Below are positions 45,476-54,744 of a stretch of 64,000 nucleotides of DNA, piece by piece (the first letter of the stretch is position 1; the number at the start of each line of letters is the position of its first letter). The notes under the pieces are model-generated. The model was not told the origin of the DNA and did not search any database. It saw only the letters and a program-made list of their open reading frames with translations. The stretch is from Planctomycetota bacterium (lineage in GTDB: Bacteria > Planctomycetota > Phycisphaerae > SM23-33): the NCBI GenBank assembly GCA_009908915.1, contig JAAAOJ010000018.1, positions 6,282 through 70,281 on the forward strand, in the 5' to 3' direction. The position numbers and the translations under genes are program-made.

Positions 45476-45901
45476 ATGCACGACGTGATCGACTATGTCG
45501 CCAAGGTCTTCACCACCCCCTACCTCTGGAAGATCCTCTCCACCCCCTTTAAGGAGTTCATGAGGAACCCGGCCTGGGAGGCCATCGGCTTCCTCGGCCA
45601 GGCCGTCTTCTTCGGCCGGTTCATCATCCAGTGGGTCGCCTCCGAGCGGAAGAAACGCACCGTCGTGCCGGTGGCGTTCTGGTACATGTCGCTGCTCGGC
45701 GGGTTCATCACGCTGCTGTACGCGATTCACGTCGGACGGCTGGTCTTCATCCTCGCCTTCAGCCTCAGTTCGATCATCTACGTCCGCAACCTCGTGATCT
45801 ACTACAAGCGTCGCACGCGACGGAAGGGGCTGGTTTTCGCCAGCGGACCGGAACTCGGCGACGTGCCGGACGTATCGGACGAGGACGAATCGACCGACTG
45901 A
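45476..45901 (+). CDS. lipid-A-disaccharide synthase N-terminal (LAB_N) domain membrane protein
   Basis: 141 aa. GFLGQAVFFGRFIIQWVASERKKRTVVPVAFWYMSLLGGFITLLYAI is the characteristic LAB_N repeat pattern. Confidence 0.7.
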   Translation: MHDVIDYVAKVFTTPYLWKILSTPFKEFMRNPAWEAIGFLGQAVFFGRFIIQWVASERKKRTVVPVAFWYMSLLGGFITLLYAIHVGRLVFILAFSLSSIIYVRNLVIYYKRRTRRKGLVFASGPELGDVPDVSDEDESTD

Positions 45902-46036
45902 CGCGGTCGCCTCGATGATGTGCGCGGTGTAGCACTCCCGACGGGATGCCGTTGGCACGGCTGCACCGTGTGTGACCGAACCACCCGTACGAATCGCCAT
46001 CGAAGAACCTGGTGCGTGACGTATGACGCAACGCGG

Positions 46037-48040
46037 TCAGTCGGCTTCGTTGGAGATGTAGCCCGTCGTGACGCACGGAGCGGGCACGCGGATGGGGCGT
46101 CGCAGTTCAATAAGGTACATCCTCCCCCAGTCTTCCATTTCCACCGGCTCGCAGCTCTGGAACACCACGCGGCCGAGCGATTCGGGCGCGGTGTCGTACG
46201 GCTTCCGGGTCCCGCCGATCTTCGGCCGATAGCTCGTCTTCGCGCCACCGGGCTGCCAGGCCCCGATTTCCAGCAGCATGCGATCGCAGGTGACCAGCCA
46301 GTTCACGTCCGAGGCATTGAGTTTCGCCACGGCCTGCTCGCGTGGCTGGCGCGGGTCCCAGCCGAAGCGACCCATGTAGGCGTCGACGCCCATCTTCAGC
46401 GTCGCGGCGTTGGCGAACGGCTCATCGCCGATGATTGGCTTGGCACGTTCGGCGAAGGCGATGATCACCTCACCGTCACCGGTGCGGGCCTGGCGACTCC
46501 ACAGGTGGCTGTAGCAGAACACCACCGCCAGCATGCCCGCCACGCAGCCGGCCACGCTCCACGCCAAATGCTTGCGGACGATGCCCGCCACGCCCATCGC
46601 AGCGGCAGACATGCCGACCATCGGTACGGCCGCCAGCATGGTCCAGCTCCCCGGTGGCATGGCGTCCGGCAGCGGCAGCCAGTCGACCTCGCCCCCGACC
46701 GCCAGGTACAGCCCTGCCGTAGTCGCCATGCCCAGGCCGATGACCAGCGGCGAGGCCTGGCAGATGCGCCGCAGGTGCAGGCCGACGCCCCGGCCGTAGC
46801 GGTCCGGACGCATCAGCTCGCGCATCGACCAGCCGGCCAGGAGGGCCATTGCCGGGTAGCACGGCAGGAGGTAGTCCGGCCGAAAGCCGGCCGGCACGGA
46901 AAACGCGATGACGACCGTGACGATCCACCACATCGGCAGTGCCACCGGTGACCGCCGCCCCAGCCAGCCCCGCAGCACAGCCTTGAGCTTCGCGCGGCGG
47001 TCGGCCGAGGCTCCCCAGCGACGCAACGGCGCCAGGAACAGCGCGCCACCGGCGAAGATGGCGGCCGGCAACGTGTTGTAGTACAGGTGTGCAAGAGCCG
47101 GCCCGCGGACGGCGTCGGGCGCGTGTTCGCCCTCGCCCGTCAGCCGCTGGACGACCTCGAAGTAAACGGTCTGACGAAACTGCTCGCCACCGACGGCCAG
47201 CATCGCCCACCACAGCGGCACGGACACCGCGACCATCGCCAGCACCCCCCAGCCCAGCCGCACGCGACGCATCAGCGCCCACGCGCGTCGCCACAGCAGC
47301 CGCACCGTCACGCCCGCTGTCGACGACAGGCCCTCGACCCGCGCCGTGGCCGCGAAGCCCGATCCGAGGCAGCCGCCGAACGCCACCCACCCGCCGACCA
47401 CGGCCAGGTTCACAATGCCCCAACCCTTGGTGATCGCCGCCATAATCATGCCCGCCCACAAGGCCGCGGCCCACGGCCAGCGCCGAGTCTTGACCGGATG
47501 GAAGGTCAACCGGTCGGCCGCCCAGATGCACCAGGTGATCCAGAACGCCAGCAGCATATCGGTCGTCGCCAGGAAGACCAGCTTGTTCATCTGCAGCATC
47601 GTCGCCAGCAGCACGCCCGCGGCCAGGCCGACGCCCCGACCGTACCACCGCCGCGCCAGGCCGTAGGTCAGCAGCAGCAGGCCGGCTGCCGACAGCAGTG
47701 TCGGTGTGCGGAAGATCAGTTCCATCACCGCCGGCGAGGCGTCTTCCGCGCCGGTCGCCAGCATGGTCACCGACAGGATCCACGCGTAGAGCTGCGGCTT
47801 GTGGGCCGGTTCGTTCCGGGCCGGCTCGATGGTCGGCAGCACCCAGCTCCCGCCGTTGATTTCGTCGATGCTGGCGTTGATCTGCAGGAACTGCGCGTAG
47901 TCCTGTGTGTAGACCGGCGCGTGCCAGCGGATGGCGACCATGGCGGCCAGGACGCCCAGCAGCAGCAGGACGTCCAGGGCCGTCCGCCGGGATCGCGGCC
48001 CGGTTTCGGACAGGTCGGTGACAAATCGTGGAAGTCGCAT
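46037..48040 (-). CDS. ArnT/PMT-like GT-C family glycosyltransferase (GT39/GT83-type)
   Basis: Polytopic, at least 12 hydrophobic segments. First-loop motif EPAHKPQLYAWIL, then a soluble C-terminal domain. Start uncertain: 48040 (MRLPRF) or 48151. Confidence 0.7.
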   Translation of the reverse strand: MRLPRFVTDLSETGPRSRRTALDVLLLLGVLAAMVAIRWHAPVYTQDYAQFLQINASIDEINGGSWVLPTIEPARNEPAHKPQLYAWILSVTMLATGAEDASPAVMELIFRTPTLLSAAGLLLLTYGLARRWYGRGVGLAAGVLLATMLQMNKLVFLATTDMLLAFWITWCIWAADRLTFHPVKTRRWPWAAALWAGMIMAAITKGWGIVNLAVVGGWVAFGGCLGSGFAATARVEGLSSTAGVTVRLLWRRAWALMRRVRLGWGVLAMVAVSVPLWWAMLAVGGEQFRQTVYFEVVQRLTGEGEHAPDAVRGPALAHLYYNTLPAAIFAGGALFLAPLRRWGASADRRAKLKAVLRGWLGRRSPVALPMWWIVTVVIAFSVPAGFRPDYLLPCYPAMALLAGWSMRELMRPDRYGRGVGLHLRRICQASPLVIGLGMATTAGLYLAVGGEVDWLPLPDAMPPGSWTMLAAVPMVGMSAAAMGVAGIVRKHLAWSVAGCVAGMLAVVFCYSHLWSRQARTGDGEVIIAFAERAKPIIGDEPFANAATLKMGVDAYMGRFGWDPRQPREQAVAKLNASDVNWLVTCDRMLLEIGAWQPGGAKTSYRPKIGGTRKPYDTAPESLGRVVFQSCEPVEMEDWGRMYLIELRRPIRVPAPCVTTGYISNEAD

Positions 48041-48159
48041 AGGCGGAGCATTATCGCAGGTCGCCGCGGTCCGTGCGAGCGCCTTTCCGTCAGGCGATAT
48101 TCGAAAAGGCCCCACCTGACAGCCCGTCAGCGTCCCATTTATGTAGTTCATGTAAGAAA

Positions 48160-48203
48160 CGTCTCGACCTCCAGACGCGATCGATTTCTAGACGGGCTGC
48201 TGA
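48160..48203 (-). repeat. truncated copy (left end only, inverted) of the MITE-like element family (copy D)
   Basis: The reverse complement ctcagcagcccgtctagaaatcgatcgcgtctggaggtcga matches the left TIR plus the start of the core. Confidence 0.6.
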
Positions 48204-48205
48204 GC

Positions 48206-49177
48206 GTGTATGATGGCGGCGTGTCATCGCGGCGAACAACACGACTGGCGCCCTCGCCGACCGGGGCTCTGCACCTGGGCAACGCCCGGACGTTCCTGCT
48301 GAACTGGCTGCTCGCCCGACAGCGCGGCTGGCGGGTGCTGTTCCGCATGGAGGACCTGGACGGGCCGCGCGTCAAGGCCGGCGCCGACCAGCAGGCTGTC
48401 GACAATCTGTGTTGGCTGGGTCTGGACTGGGACGGGCCGGTTACGCGGCAGTCTGACCGCGGTGAGGCCTACCAGCAGGCGCTGCGAGAGCTCATCGACG
48501 CCGGCTGGGCCTACCCCTGCACCTGCAGCCGCCAGGATATCGAGCAGTCCAGCTCCGCCCCGCACGTCGAAGACGGCGTGGCCGTTTACCCGGGCACCTG
48601 TCGAAGCCGCTGGGACTCGCCGCAGCAGGCTCGAGAGGCGACCGGCCGACCCGTCGCCTGGCGCGCCCGCGTGACCGACAGACCGATCAGCTTCGACGAC
48701 GCCTTCGCCGGCCGGCAGACCTACAACCTGTCGCGCACCTGCGGCGATTTCGTCGTCCTCAAGAACGACGGCCTGGCCGCCTACCAGTTGGCGGTGGTGG
48801 TCGACGACGCCGCAACCGGCGTGGACGCCATTGTCCGCGGGGCCGACCTGCTGGAGTCGACCGCCCGGCAACTGCACCTGCGCCGACGGCTCGGCCTGGA
48901 CGGCGAGGTGACGTACTGGCACCTGCCGCTCGTGATCGGCGAGGACGGCCGACGCCTGGCCAAGCGCCACGGCGACACGCGGCTGGCGACCTACATCGAG
49001 GCCGGCGTCCCGCGGCAACGTGTTCTGGGGCTGCTGGCGTGGTGGTCCGGCCAGATCGATCAGCCTCGGGAGATATCACTCGACGATCTGCTGTCGCGCT
49101 TCGACGCCGCCGCCATCCCGCACGAGCCGGTCGTCTTCACGACCGCCGACAACCGCTGGCTGCGGGGTGTCGACTGA
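48206..49177 (+). CDS. gluQ: glutamyl-Q tRNA(Asp) synthetase (GluQRS/YadB)
   Basis: RLAPSPTGALHLGNARTFL (HIGH-type), RMEDLD, Cys cluster CTCSRQDI...YPGTC, and LAKRHG (KMSKS-like). A truncated GluRS catalytic core with no anticodon-binding domain. GTG start at 48206 or 48221. The upstream part of ORF 47087..49177 is antisense to the GT-C gene. Confidence 0.8.
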   Translation: MYDGGVSSRRTTRLAPSPTGALHLGNARTFLLNWLLARQRGWRVLFRMEDLDGPRVKAGADQQAVDNLCWLGLDWDGPVTRQSDRGEAYQQALRELIDAGWAYPCTCSRQDIEQSSSAPHVEDGVAVYPGTCRSRWDSPQQAREATGRPVAWRARVTDRPISFDDAFAGRQTYNLSRTCGDFVVLKNDGLAAYQLAVVVDDAATGVDAIVRGADLLESTARQLHLRRRLGLDGEVTYWHLPLVIGEDGRRLAKRHGDTRLATYIEAGVPRQRVLGLLAWWSGQIDQPREISLDDLLSRFDAAAIPHEPVVFTTADNRWLRGVD

Positions 49178-49185
49178 GTACCTGC

Positions 49186-49332
49186 TGGTAGTCCGCTTGG
49201 AAATGGATCGCGCCGCGAGCATCAGGGAGCGGCAACGCAGGCGAATTGGTGAGTTCGTCGAGTTTGCGGAACAATGACCCGCACCCAAGCGGCCCGACTG
49301 CGGCAGCGATCGCTTTGCAGACGGGCTGCTAG
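49186..49332 (+). repeat. MITE-like intergenic element, copy E (18-nt internal deletion)
   Basis: aaatggatcgcgccgcgag/catcagggagcggcaacgcaggcgaattggtgagttcgtcgag...gcagacgggctgctag aligns with copies B, C and F. Confidence 0.75.
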
Positions 49333-50090
49333 AGGCTCAGCATATCCGACGGGGCATAGCGGGTGGCCAAGTGGACCGGTCGGTCTGCGCCGACGATTTG
49401 GCGGTGCGTACCGAGGGCACGTTGCGGCGTGTTGTTGTCCCTGGACAGGTGGGCCAGACAGACCCACTGCAGGCGACTGCCGAATCTCGCAACCAGCTCG
49501 GCCGCCTCGGTATTGGAGATGTGCCCGCCCTCGCCGCGGATACGTCGCTTGAGGTCTTCGGGGTACGGGCCCGCTGCCAGCATGTCCGCATCGTAGTTGC
49601 TCTCCAGGATCACGGCGTCCAGCGTGGGGATGAGTTTCCGCAGATCCGAAAAAACGAACCCCAGGTCGGTCAACACGCCGAGGCGCTTGCCCTCGGCCTC
49701 GACCACGAAACAGCTGCCGTCCGCCCCGTCATGCGGCGTGGGATGCGTCTCGACGACGACGTCGCCAACCGTCACGCGGTCGCCGCGTTGGAAGTGCTGC
49801 ACGGGCCCGAGCTTGCCAAGCCGATGTCGCTCGCCGGCCGCCAGTGTCCGCTCGGTGACGTGCAGCGGCACGGCGAACTTCCGCTGAAAGATGCCCGCCG
49901 ACTTCATGTGGTCGACGTGGTCGTGACTGATGAACAACCCCCCGCAGCCGTGGATGTCCACCCCCGTCCCGGCCAGTCGCAGTTGTGCCTGCTTGCCGGA
50001 GATTCCCGCATCGAACAGCAGTCTCGTCCGCCCGGCCTGGACGTAGATACAGTTGCCGTTCGAGCCGCTTTGAAGGGCCATGGCACGCAT
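49329..50090 (-). CDS. MBL-fold metallo-hydrolase
   Basis: Has the HxHxDH motif (ISHDHVDH) plus downstream His/Asp ligands. 253 aa from MRAMALQSG. Resembles the YycJ/PhnP-like group. Confidence 0.8.
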   Translation of the reverse strand: MRAMALQSGSNGNCIYVQAGRTRLLFDAGISGKQAQLRLAGTGVDIHGCGGLFISHDHVDHMKSAGIFQRKFAVPLHVTERTLAAGERHRLGKLGPVQHFQRGDRVTVGDVVVETHPTPHDGADGSCFVVEAEGKRLGVLTDLGFVFSDLRKLIPTLDAVILESNYDADMLAAGPYPEDLKRRIRGEGGHISNTEAAELVARFGSRLQWVCLAHLSRDNNTPQRALGTHRQIVGADRPVHLATRYAPSDMLSL

Positions 50091-50213
50091 CCGGGCATCA
50101 TAGCACGCACACCGGGGCCGTGACAAATCCCGCTAAAAAAGATGAAGCGGCATCCACCTGTTATTTATCCTAGCTTCCTATTGGGTCGATAGGTCCAAAG
50201 CGGAGCACAAGAT

Positions 50214-50714
50214 ATGGCCCAGGCACAACAACTCGATCGACTGGTTTCCCGCGGCGCGGCGCTACTGAGTATTGGCCCGGATGAGACGGTCCGTCTGGCG
50301 GCGGCAGAGATGAGCAAGCATAACGTCGGCTCGCTGCTGGTGCTCGATGGGAACGGCACGCTGATCGGCATTGTCTCAGAGCGGGACGTTCTGGCCAAGG
50401 TCGTTGCCAAGGGCCTCAACCCCATCGCCGTTCGCGTCGCGGAAATCATGAGCCGCAACGTGGTCACCTGCCAGGCCAAAAGCTCCACCGGCAACGCCAA
50501 CCGCCTGATGGCCGTCAACAAGATCCGCCACCTGCCCATCGTCGCCGATGGCAATCCGGTCGGCATGGTCTCGGCACGAGACTTGATGGCCCACAAACTC
50601 GACCTCGCCCTTCATCGCGAACGCGAACACCGGCGCCGAGTCGGCGATCTGGAGAGGACACACCCGGGCATCACCAGGCTCATCTTCGACGACGTCGGCC
50701 ACGCGCAGATCTGA
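50214..50714 (+). CDS. CBS domain pair protein
   Basis: Two CBS units (VGSLLVLDGNGTLIGIVSERDVL and HLPIVADGNPVGMVSARDLM). Confidence 0.8.
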   Translation: MAQAQQLDRLVSRGAALLSIGPDETVRLAAAEMSKHNVGSLLVLDGNGTLIGIVSERDVLAKVVAKGLNPIAVRVAEIMSRNVVTCQAKSSTGNANRLMAVNKIRHLPIVADGNPVGMVSARDLMAHKLDLALHREREHRRRVGDLERTHPGITRLIFDDVGHAQI

Positions 50715-50727
50715 CCGGCAAGCGGGC

Positions 50728-51057
50728 CTACTCGTCCCGGGCGGCCCGCCCCTGAATACCGGTCACCAGCAGTTCCCAGCCGATGGCGGTCTGGGCGTCG
50801 CCGCGAAGCGGGGGCTTGAACTGCTCGCCGGGCTCGACAATGCGGATCCGCATCACGGCCGTGCCGAGTTGCGACGGCCTCTCGGCGAGGTCTGCCTCGG
50901 CGAAGAGCCGCTCAAAAGCCGCTTCGAGATCGGCGGCTTGGATATTCCAGAGCGAGCCGACCGTCATCTCGACGCTGGTGATCTCATCGTACTGCGTGCG
51001 GGCGGCGATCTGCGTGAGCTGGACCATCAACTGTCCAGCCAGGCTCGTGGCGTTCAT
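50728..51057 (-). CDS. hypothetical protein (weak HypA-like N-terminal pattern without metal ligands)
   Basis: 109 aa. The spacing of hydrophobic and small residues in MNATSLAGQLMVQLTQIAARTQYDEITSVEMTVGSLWNIQAADLEAAFERL resembles HypA, but MHE and the CxxC pairs are absent. Confidence 0.4.
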   Translation of the reverse strand: MNATSLAGQLMVQLTQIAARTQYDEITSVEMTVGSLWNIQAADLEAAFERLFAEADLAERPSQLGTAVMRIRIVEPGEQFKPPLRGDAQTAIGWELLVTGIQGRAARDE

Positions 51058-51092
51058 TGGTGGTCCTCAGGTTTCGTCGCACTCGTTCTTCT

Positions 51093-51284
51093 TCATCCGA
51101 CGGCCATGTGAGACTTTCCCGAGTCGATCCGGCCCTTCTCTCGACACGGTGTCCGGGCGGCCAAGCCGCATTTGCAGAGCCCGCCGATGATGGCATACCA
51201 GGCGATCGCAACGGCCAGCACCAGCGCGCCTCCGAGTGCAACGGCTCGGCCGAAGACGGCAGCGATGCAGATCGCGCGCGACAT
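51093..51284 (-). CDS. possible small membrane protein
   Basis: 63 aa (MSRAICIAAVFGRAVALGGALVLAVAIAWYAIIGGLCKCG...). Its ATG lies 1 nt after the hisB stop (TGACATG). No homology argument. Confidence 0.3.
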   Translation of the reverse strand: MSRAICIAAVFGRAVALGGALVLAVAIAWYAIIGGLCKCGLAARTPCREKGRIDSGKSHMAVG

Positions 51285-51285
51285 G

Positions 51286-51876
51286 TCACAGACAGCCTTT
51301 CGTGCTGGGCACCGAGCTTGTGCGGTCGGGGTCAATGCTCTTGGCCTGCCGCAGTGCCCGGGCGAACGCCTTGAAAATCGCCTCGGCGATGTGGTGGTCG
51401 TTACTGCCGTACGCAACCGAGACGTGCAGGTTCATCCTGGCCACGCTGGCCAGCCGACGCATGAACTCTTCGATCAGTTGCGTATCGAACGTGCCGATCG
51501 TCGGCCCGCCGAAATGTACGTGCCACACCACAGCCGCCCGGCCGCAGAGATCGAGCGTCACGTCGGCCAATGCTTCGTCCATCGGCACCTTGGCCGAGCC
51601 GAAGCGGCGGATGCCGGCCTTCTCGCCCAGTGCCTGATCGAGGGCCTCGCCGATACAGATGGCCACGTCCTCGACGGTGTGGTGGTCGTCCACGTGCAGA
51701 TCGCCCTCGGCCTGGACGGTCAGGTCCGACAGGCTGTGCTTGCCGAGATGGTCCAGCATGTGGTCCAGAAAACCCACGCCGGTGGCGCAGGACGTTTCGC
51801 CCGTTCCGTCGAGGTCCAGCAACAGCGTGATGGACGTTTCGGTCGTCGTGCGTTTGATGGTCGCTTTGCGTTCCAT
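51286..51876 (-). CDS. hisB: imidazoleglycerol-phosphate dehydratase
   Basis: 196 aa. RTTTETSI, GVGFLDHMLDHL, DDHHTVEDVAI and NDHHIAEAIFKAFARAL are the IGPD metal-binding motifs. Confidence 0.95.
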   Translation of the reverse strand: MERKATIKRTTTETSITLLLDLDGTGETSCATGVGFLDHMLDHLGKHSLSDLTVQAEGDLHVDDHHTVEDVAICIGEALDQALGEKAGIRRFGSAKVPMDEALADVTLDLCGRAAVVWHVHFGGPTIGTFDTQLIEEFMRRLASVARMNLHVSVAYGSNDHHIAEAIFKAFARALRQAKSIDPDRTSSVPSTKGCL

Positions 51877-51977
51877 AGGTCTATCTCATCGGCAAAACAC
51901 ACGTGCATGGGTCAGCGAAGAAAGAGGCGTCCTCGAAGACTCGGCGCATCCGCTGCCTCTTGATTCCAAATTCCACA

Positions 51978-53042
51978 TCAAAATTCCGAATGACTGCCGG
52001 CCTCGTCCCACGCAGCCAGGAGGACCTGGTTCTGCTCCGGCGTGCCGATGGTAATGCGGAGTTTGTCGGCCATGCTTGCCGGCTGGTGGAAGTAGCGGAC
52101 GAGCACGTTGCGGCGCTTGAGCGCCTCACCGCAGGCCGCGGCCCCGCCGCGCGGCACGGCGACCATCAGGAAGTTGGCCTCGCTGGGCCAGACCCGGCAA
52201 CCGCGTCGGGTGAGCTGCTCGGCCAGTTCCGCGCGGGAAGCCTTGATCATCTCGGTGTTGGCCTTCATGTGGTCCTGGTCGCGAATGGCGGCCAGGCCGA
52301 TTTCCTGGCTGAGCGTGGCGACATTATAGATTTCCTTGGTCTTCCACAGCTGTTGCAGCAGTGGCGGCTGGGCGACGGCATAGCCGAGCCGCAGCCCCGC
52401 CAGGGAATAGCCCTTGCTCAGCGTCCGCAGGACGATCACGTTGGCGTCGTCGCGCGGAAGCTCGACGGCCGTCGCCTCGGCGAAGTCTGCGTAGGCCTCG
52501 TCGACCACCAGCAGTCCGTCGAGCCCCCCGGCCAGCCGGCGGAGTTCCCCGACGCTCGCCGTGACGCCGGTCGGGCTGTTTGGATTGGCCACAAACGTCA
52601 CGTCCGCATTGGCCTCCAGCAGGCCGTCGACGTCGATCGCGAAGCTCTCCGGATCGCACGGCATGTTGATCAGTTCGGCTGCCTCGACCAGTGCCTGCGT
52701 CTTGTAGTACGGGAACGTCGGCGTCGGCTGGGCGAGGGTTCGGCCCGGTCCGAGGGCGGCCCGGGCGATCATGACGATGAGATTGTCGCTGCCGTTGGCG
52801 GCCAGCACCCAGTCCCGCTCAAAGCCGAGCAGGTTGCCCACCGCCTCGCAGAACCGCCCGGCTTTGGCGTCGGGGTAGACCCGCAGCCGGTCGAGCATCT
52901 CGTGCCGCATGACGTCGATGGCCGTCGGCGAGGGCGGATACGGGTTCTCGTTGGTGTTGAGTTTGACGACCTCGCTGCCGGGCATCTGCTCGCCGGGCAC
53001 GTAGGCATTCATCGCTTCAATGTTGTCTCGGACGTAAGTCAT
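51978..53042 (-). CDS. hisC: histidinol-phosphate aminotransferase
   Basis: 354 aa. LNTNENPYPPSP and TLSKGYSLAGLRLGY (PLP lysine). Class II aminotransferase pattern. Confidence 0.9.
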   Translation of the reverse strand: MTYVRDNIEAMNAYVPGEQMPGSEVVKLNTNENPYPPSPTAIDVMRHEMLDRLRVYPDAKAGRFCEAVGNLLGFERDWVLAANGSDNLIVMIARAALGPGRTLAQPTPTFPYYKTQALVEAAELINMPCDPESFAIDVDGLLEANADVTFVANPNSPTGVTASVGELRRLAGGLDGLLVVDEAYADFAEATAVELPRDDANVIVLRTLSKGYSLAGLRLGYAVAQPPLLQQLWKTKEIYNVATLSQEIGLAAIRDQDHMKANTEMIKASRAELAEQLTRRGCRVWPSEANFLMVAVPRGGAAACGEALKRRNVLVRYFHQPASMADKLRITIGTPEQNQVLLAAWDEAGSHSEF

Positions 53043-53079
53043 CTCTCTGCCGCAAATGTCGCGAAGGATCGCGAAGGAA

Positions 53080-53300
53080 TCAATGTTTCGTGAACACGAC
53101 GCGCTGGAGTCCCAGCCGCATCTTGCCGACGTTGACCAGCAGGCCAGGCTTCAACCCGGAACTCTTGCGATAGTGAATCGACTGAGCCCTATGCATTGCG
53201 TGCTCCTGCTCAATGGCTTTGAGTTCCACAATGATCTTTCCATCAACCACCATGTCGGCCGCACGTCGTCGATCACGTGTCCGTCGTACTGTGCTCTCAT
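53080..53300 (-). pseudogene. N-terminally truncated, frameshifted remnant of a GxxExxY-family (PD-(D/E)xK-like) protein
   Basis: Frame A reads DMVVDGKIIVELKAIEQEHAMHRAQSIHYRKSSGLKPGLLVNVGKMRLGLQRVVFTKH*. Frame B upstream reads MRAQYDGHVIDDVRP. Restoring one G in cggcc gives ...YDGHVIDDVRADMVVDGKIIVELKA, the family core. GC is locally lower. Confidence 0.6.
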
Positions 53301-53355
53301 CGTCTTCTCCCTCAAACCACGTCTGTTCTGTTTTCCTATTCGCGATCTCTTCGCG

Positions 53356-54681
53356 TCACTGGCGGCCAGCCTTCCTTCGTCTCGCTGCTTCGGCGTGGGC
53401 GGTGAGGCCTTCGCGGGTGGCGAAGTCGATCACGTCGTCGGCATCGGCGTTGGCGGCATCGGCGGAGTAACGGATGGTGCTGCTGGCCTTGAGGAAGTCG
53501 TTGACGCTCAGCGGCCCGAAGAACGCGGCTGTCCCGCCGGTGGGCAGGACGTGGCTGGGCCCGGCGATGTAATCGCCGAGTGGCACGGGCGTATTGGGCC
53601 CGATGAAAATTGCGCCGGCGTTGCGGATTTGTTTGAGGGCGGCCTCATCGTCGGCGGTGATGATCTGCAGGTGCTCGGTAGCGAAGTCGTTGGCGATATT
53701 GCAGGCGGTATCCAGCGTGTCGACCACCACGATCCCGGAATACTGCTGCAGGCAGCGGCGGGCGGCATCGCCGCGCGACAGCCGGGCGAGCTGGCCGTCC
53801 AATTCAGCCGTCACGTCGCCGGCGAGTTGCTCGCTGGTGGTTACGAGGACGGCCGAGCCAGGGTCGTGCTCGGTTTGGGCCAGCAGGTCGGCGGCCAGCC
53901 AGTCGGCGCGGGCGGTATCGTCGGCAACGATGAGGACCTCGCTGGGCCCGGCGATGGAATCGATGCCGACGGTCCCGAGGACCTGCCGCTTGGCCTCGGC
54001 AACGAAGGCGTTGCCCGGCCCGACGATCTTCTGGGCGGCCGGGACGGCGTCCGTTCCGTAGGCCAGGGCGCCGACGGCGACGGCCCCACCGAGGCGGTAG
54101 ACCTCCGTGACGCCGAGTTCGCCGGCCAGGGCCAGCACCATCGGGGCGATATCGCCACCCGTCGGGGGCGAGACCATGACGACCTCGCGCACGCCGGCCA
54201 CCTGCGCGGGGATGACGGTCATCAGCACCGTGCTGGGGTACAGCGCCCGCCCGCCGGGCACGTAGACGGCCACCCTGTCCATCGGCGTATAGCGCACACC
54301 GAGTTGGCGGCCGTCGCGGACGAGGTCGTCCGGGGCGGCGATGCAAATGTGCTCCTGGTAACGGCGGATGTTCTCGGCCACACGTCGGACGAGGGCGATG
54401 AACTCGCACTCGGCCTCGGCGCGGGCGCGGTCGATCTCGTCGACGGGCACGCGCAGAGTCTTCGGCGAGAGTGTGGCCTGGTCAAGTGTCTCTTCCCACT
54501 CGATGACGGCCTCGTCGCCGCGCGTGCGGATGTCGTTGAGGATGTCGCGGACGACGGCGGGCACGTCGAGTGATCGCTCGCCGCCGCCGGTCAGGCCGCC
54601 GCCGCGCAGGATGTCCCGCAGTTCGGCCAGACGGGCGTCGAAGTCGCCGTCAGTCTGTCGGATGATTCGGATGGATGTCAT
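53356..54681 (-). CDS. hisD: histidinol dehydrogenase
   Basis: 441 aa from MTSIRII. Family patterns VYVPGGRALYPSTVLM, QTEHDP and PSHVLPTGGTA. Confidence 0.95.
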   Translation of the reverse strand: MTSIRIIRQTDGDFDARLAELRDILRGGGLTGGGERSLDVPAVVRDILNDIRTRGDEAVIEWEETLDQATLSPKTLRVPVDEIDRARAEAECEFIALVRRVAENIRRYQEHICIAAPDDLVRDGRQLGVRYTPMDRVAVYVPGGRALYPSTVLMTVIPAQVAGVREVVMVSPPTGGDIAPMVLALAGELGVTEVYRLGGAVAVGALAYGTDAVPAAQKIVGPGNAFVAEAKRQVLGTVGIDSIAGPSEVLIVADDTARADWLAADLLAQTEHDPGSAVLVTTSEQLAGDVTAELDGQLARLSRGDAARRCLQQYSGIVVVDTLDTACNIANDFATEHLQIITADDEAALKQIRNAGAIFIGPNTPVPLGDYIAGPSHVLPTGGTAAFFGPLSVNDFLKASSTIRYSADAANADADDVIDFATREGLTAHAEAARRRKAGRQ

Positions 54682-54744
54682 GGCAGTGTTTACTCTACGC
54701 TGGAGTCGAGGGGTTTGCAATCGGACGGAGACGGTTGCCGGGGG

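Noticed and set aside
47087-48205. N-terminal 373 codons of the 696-aa ORF that ends as gluQ
   Set aside because: GluQRS homology starts at ...RTTRLAPSPTGALHLGN. The upstream part is antisense to the GT-C glycosyltransferase gene and crosses a repeat copy. A GTG start at 48206 or 48221 gives a normal-length protein.
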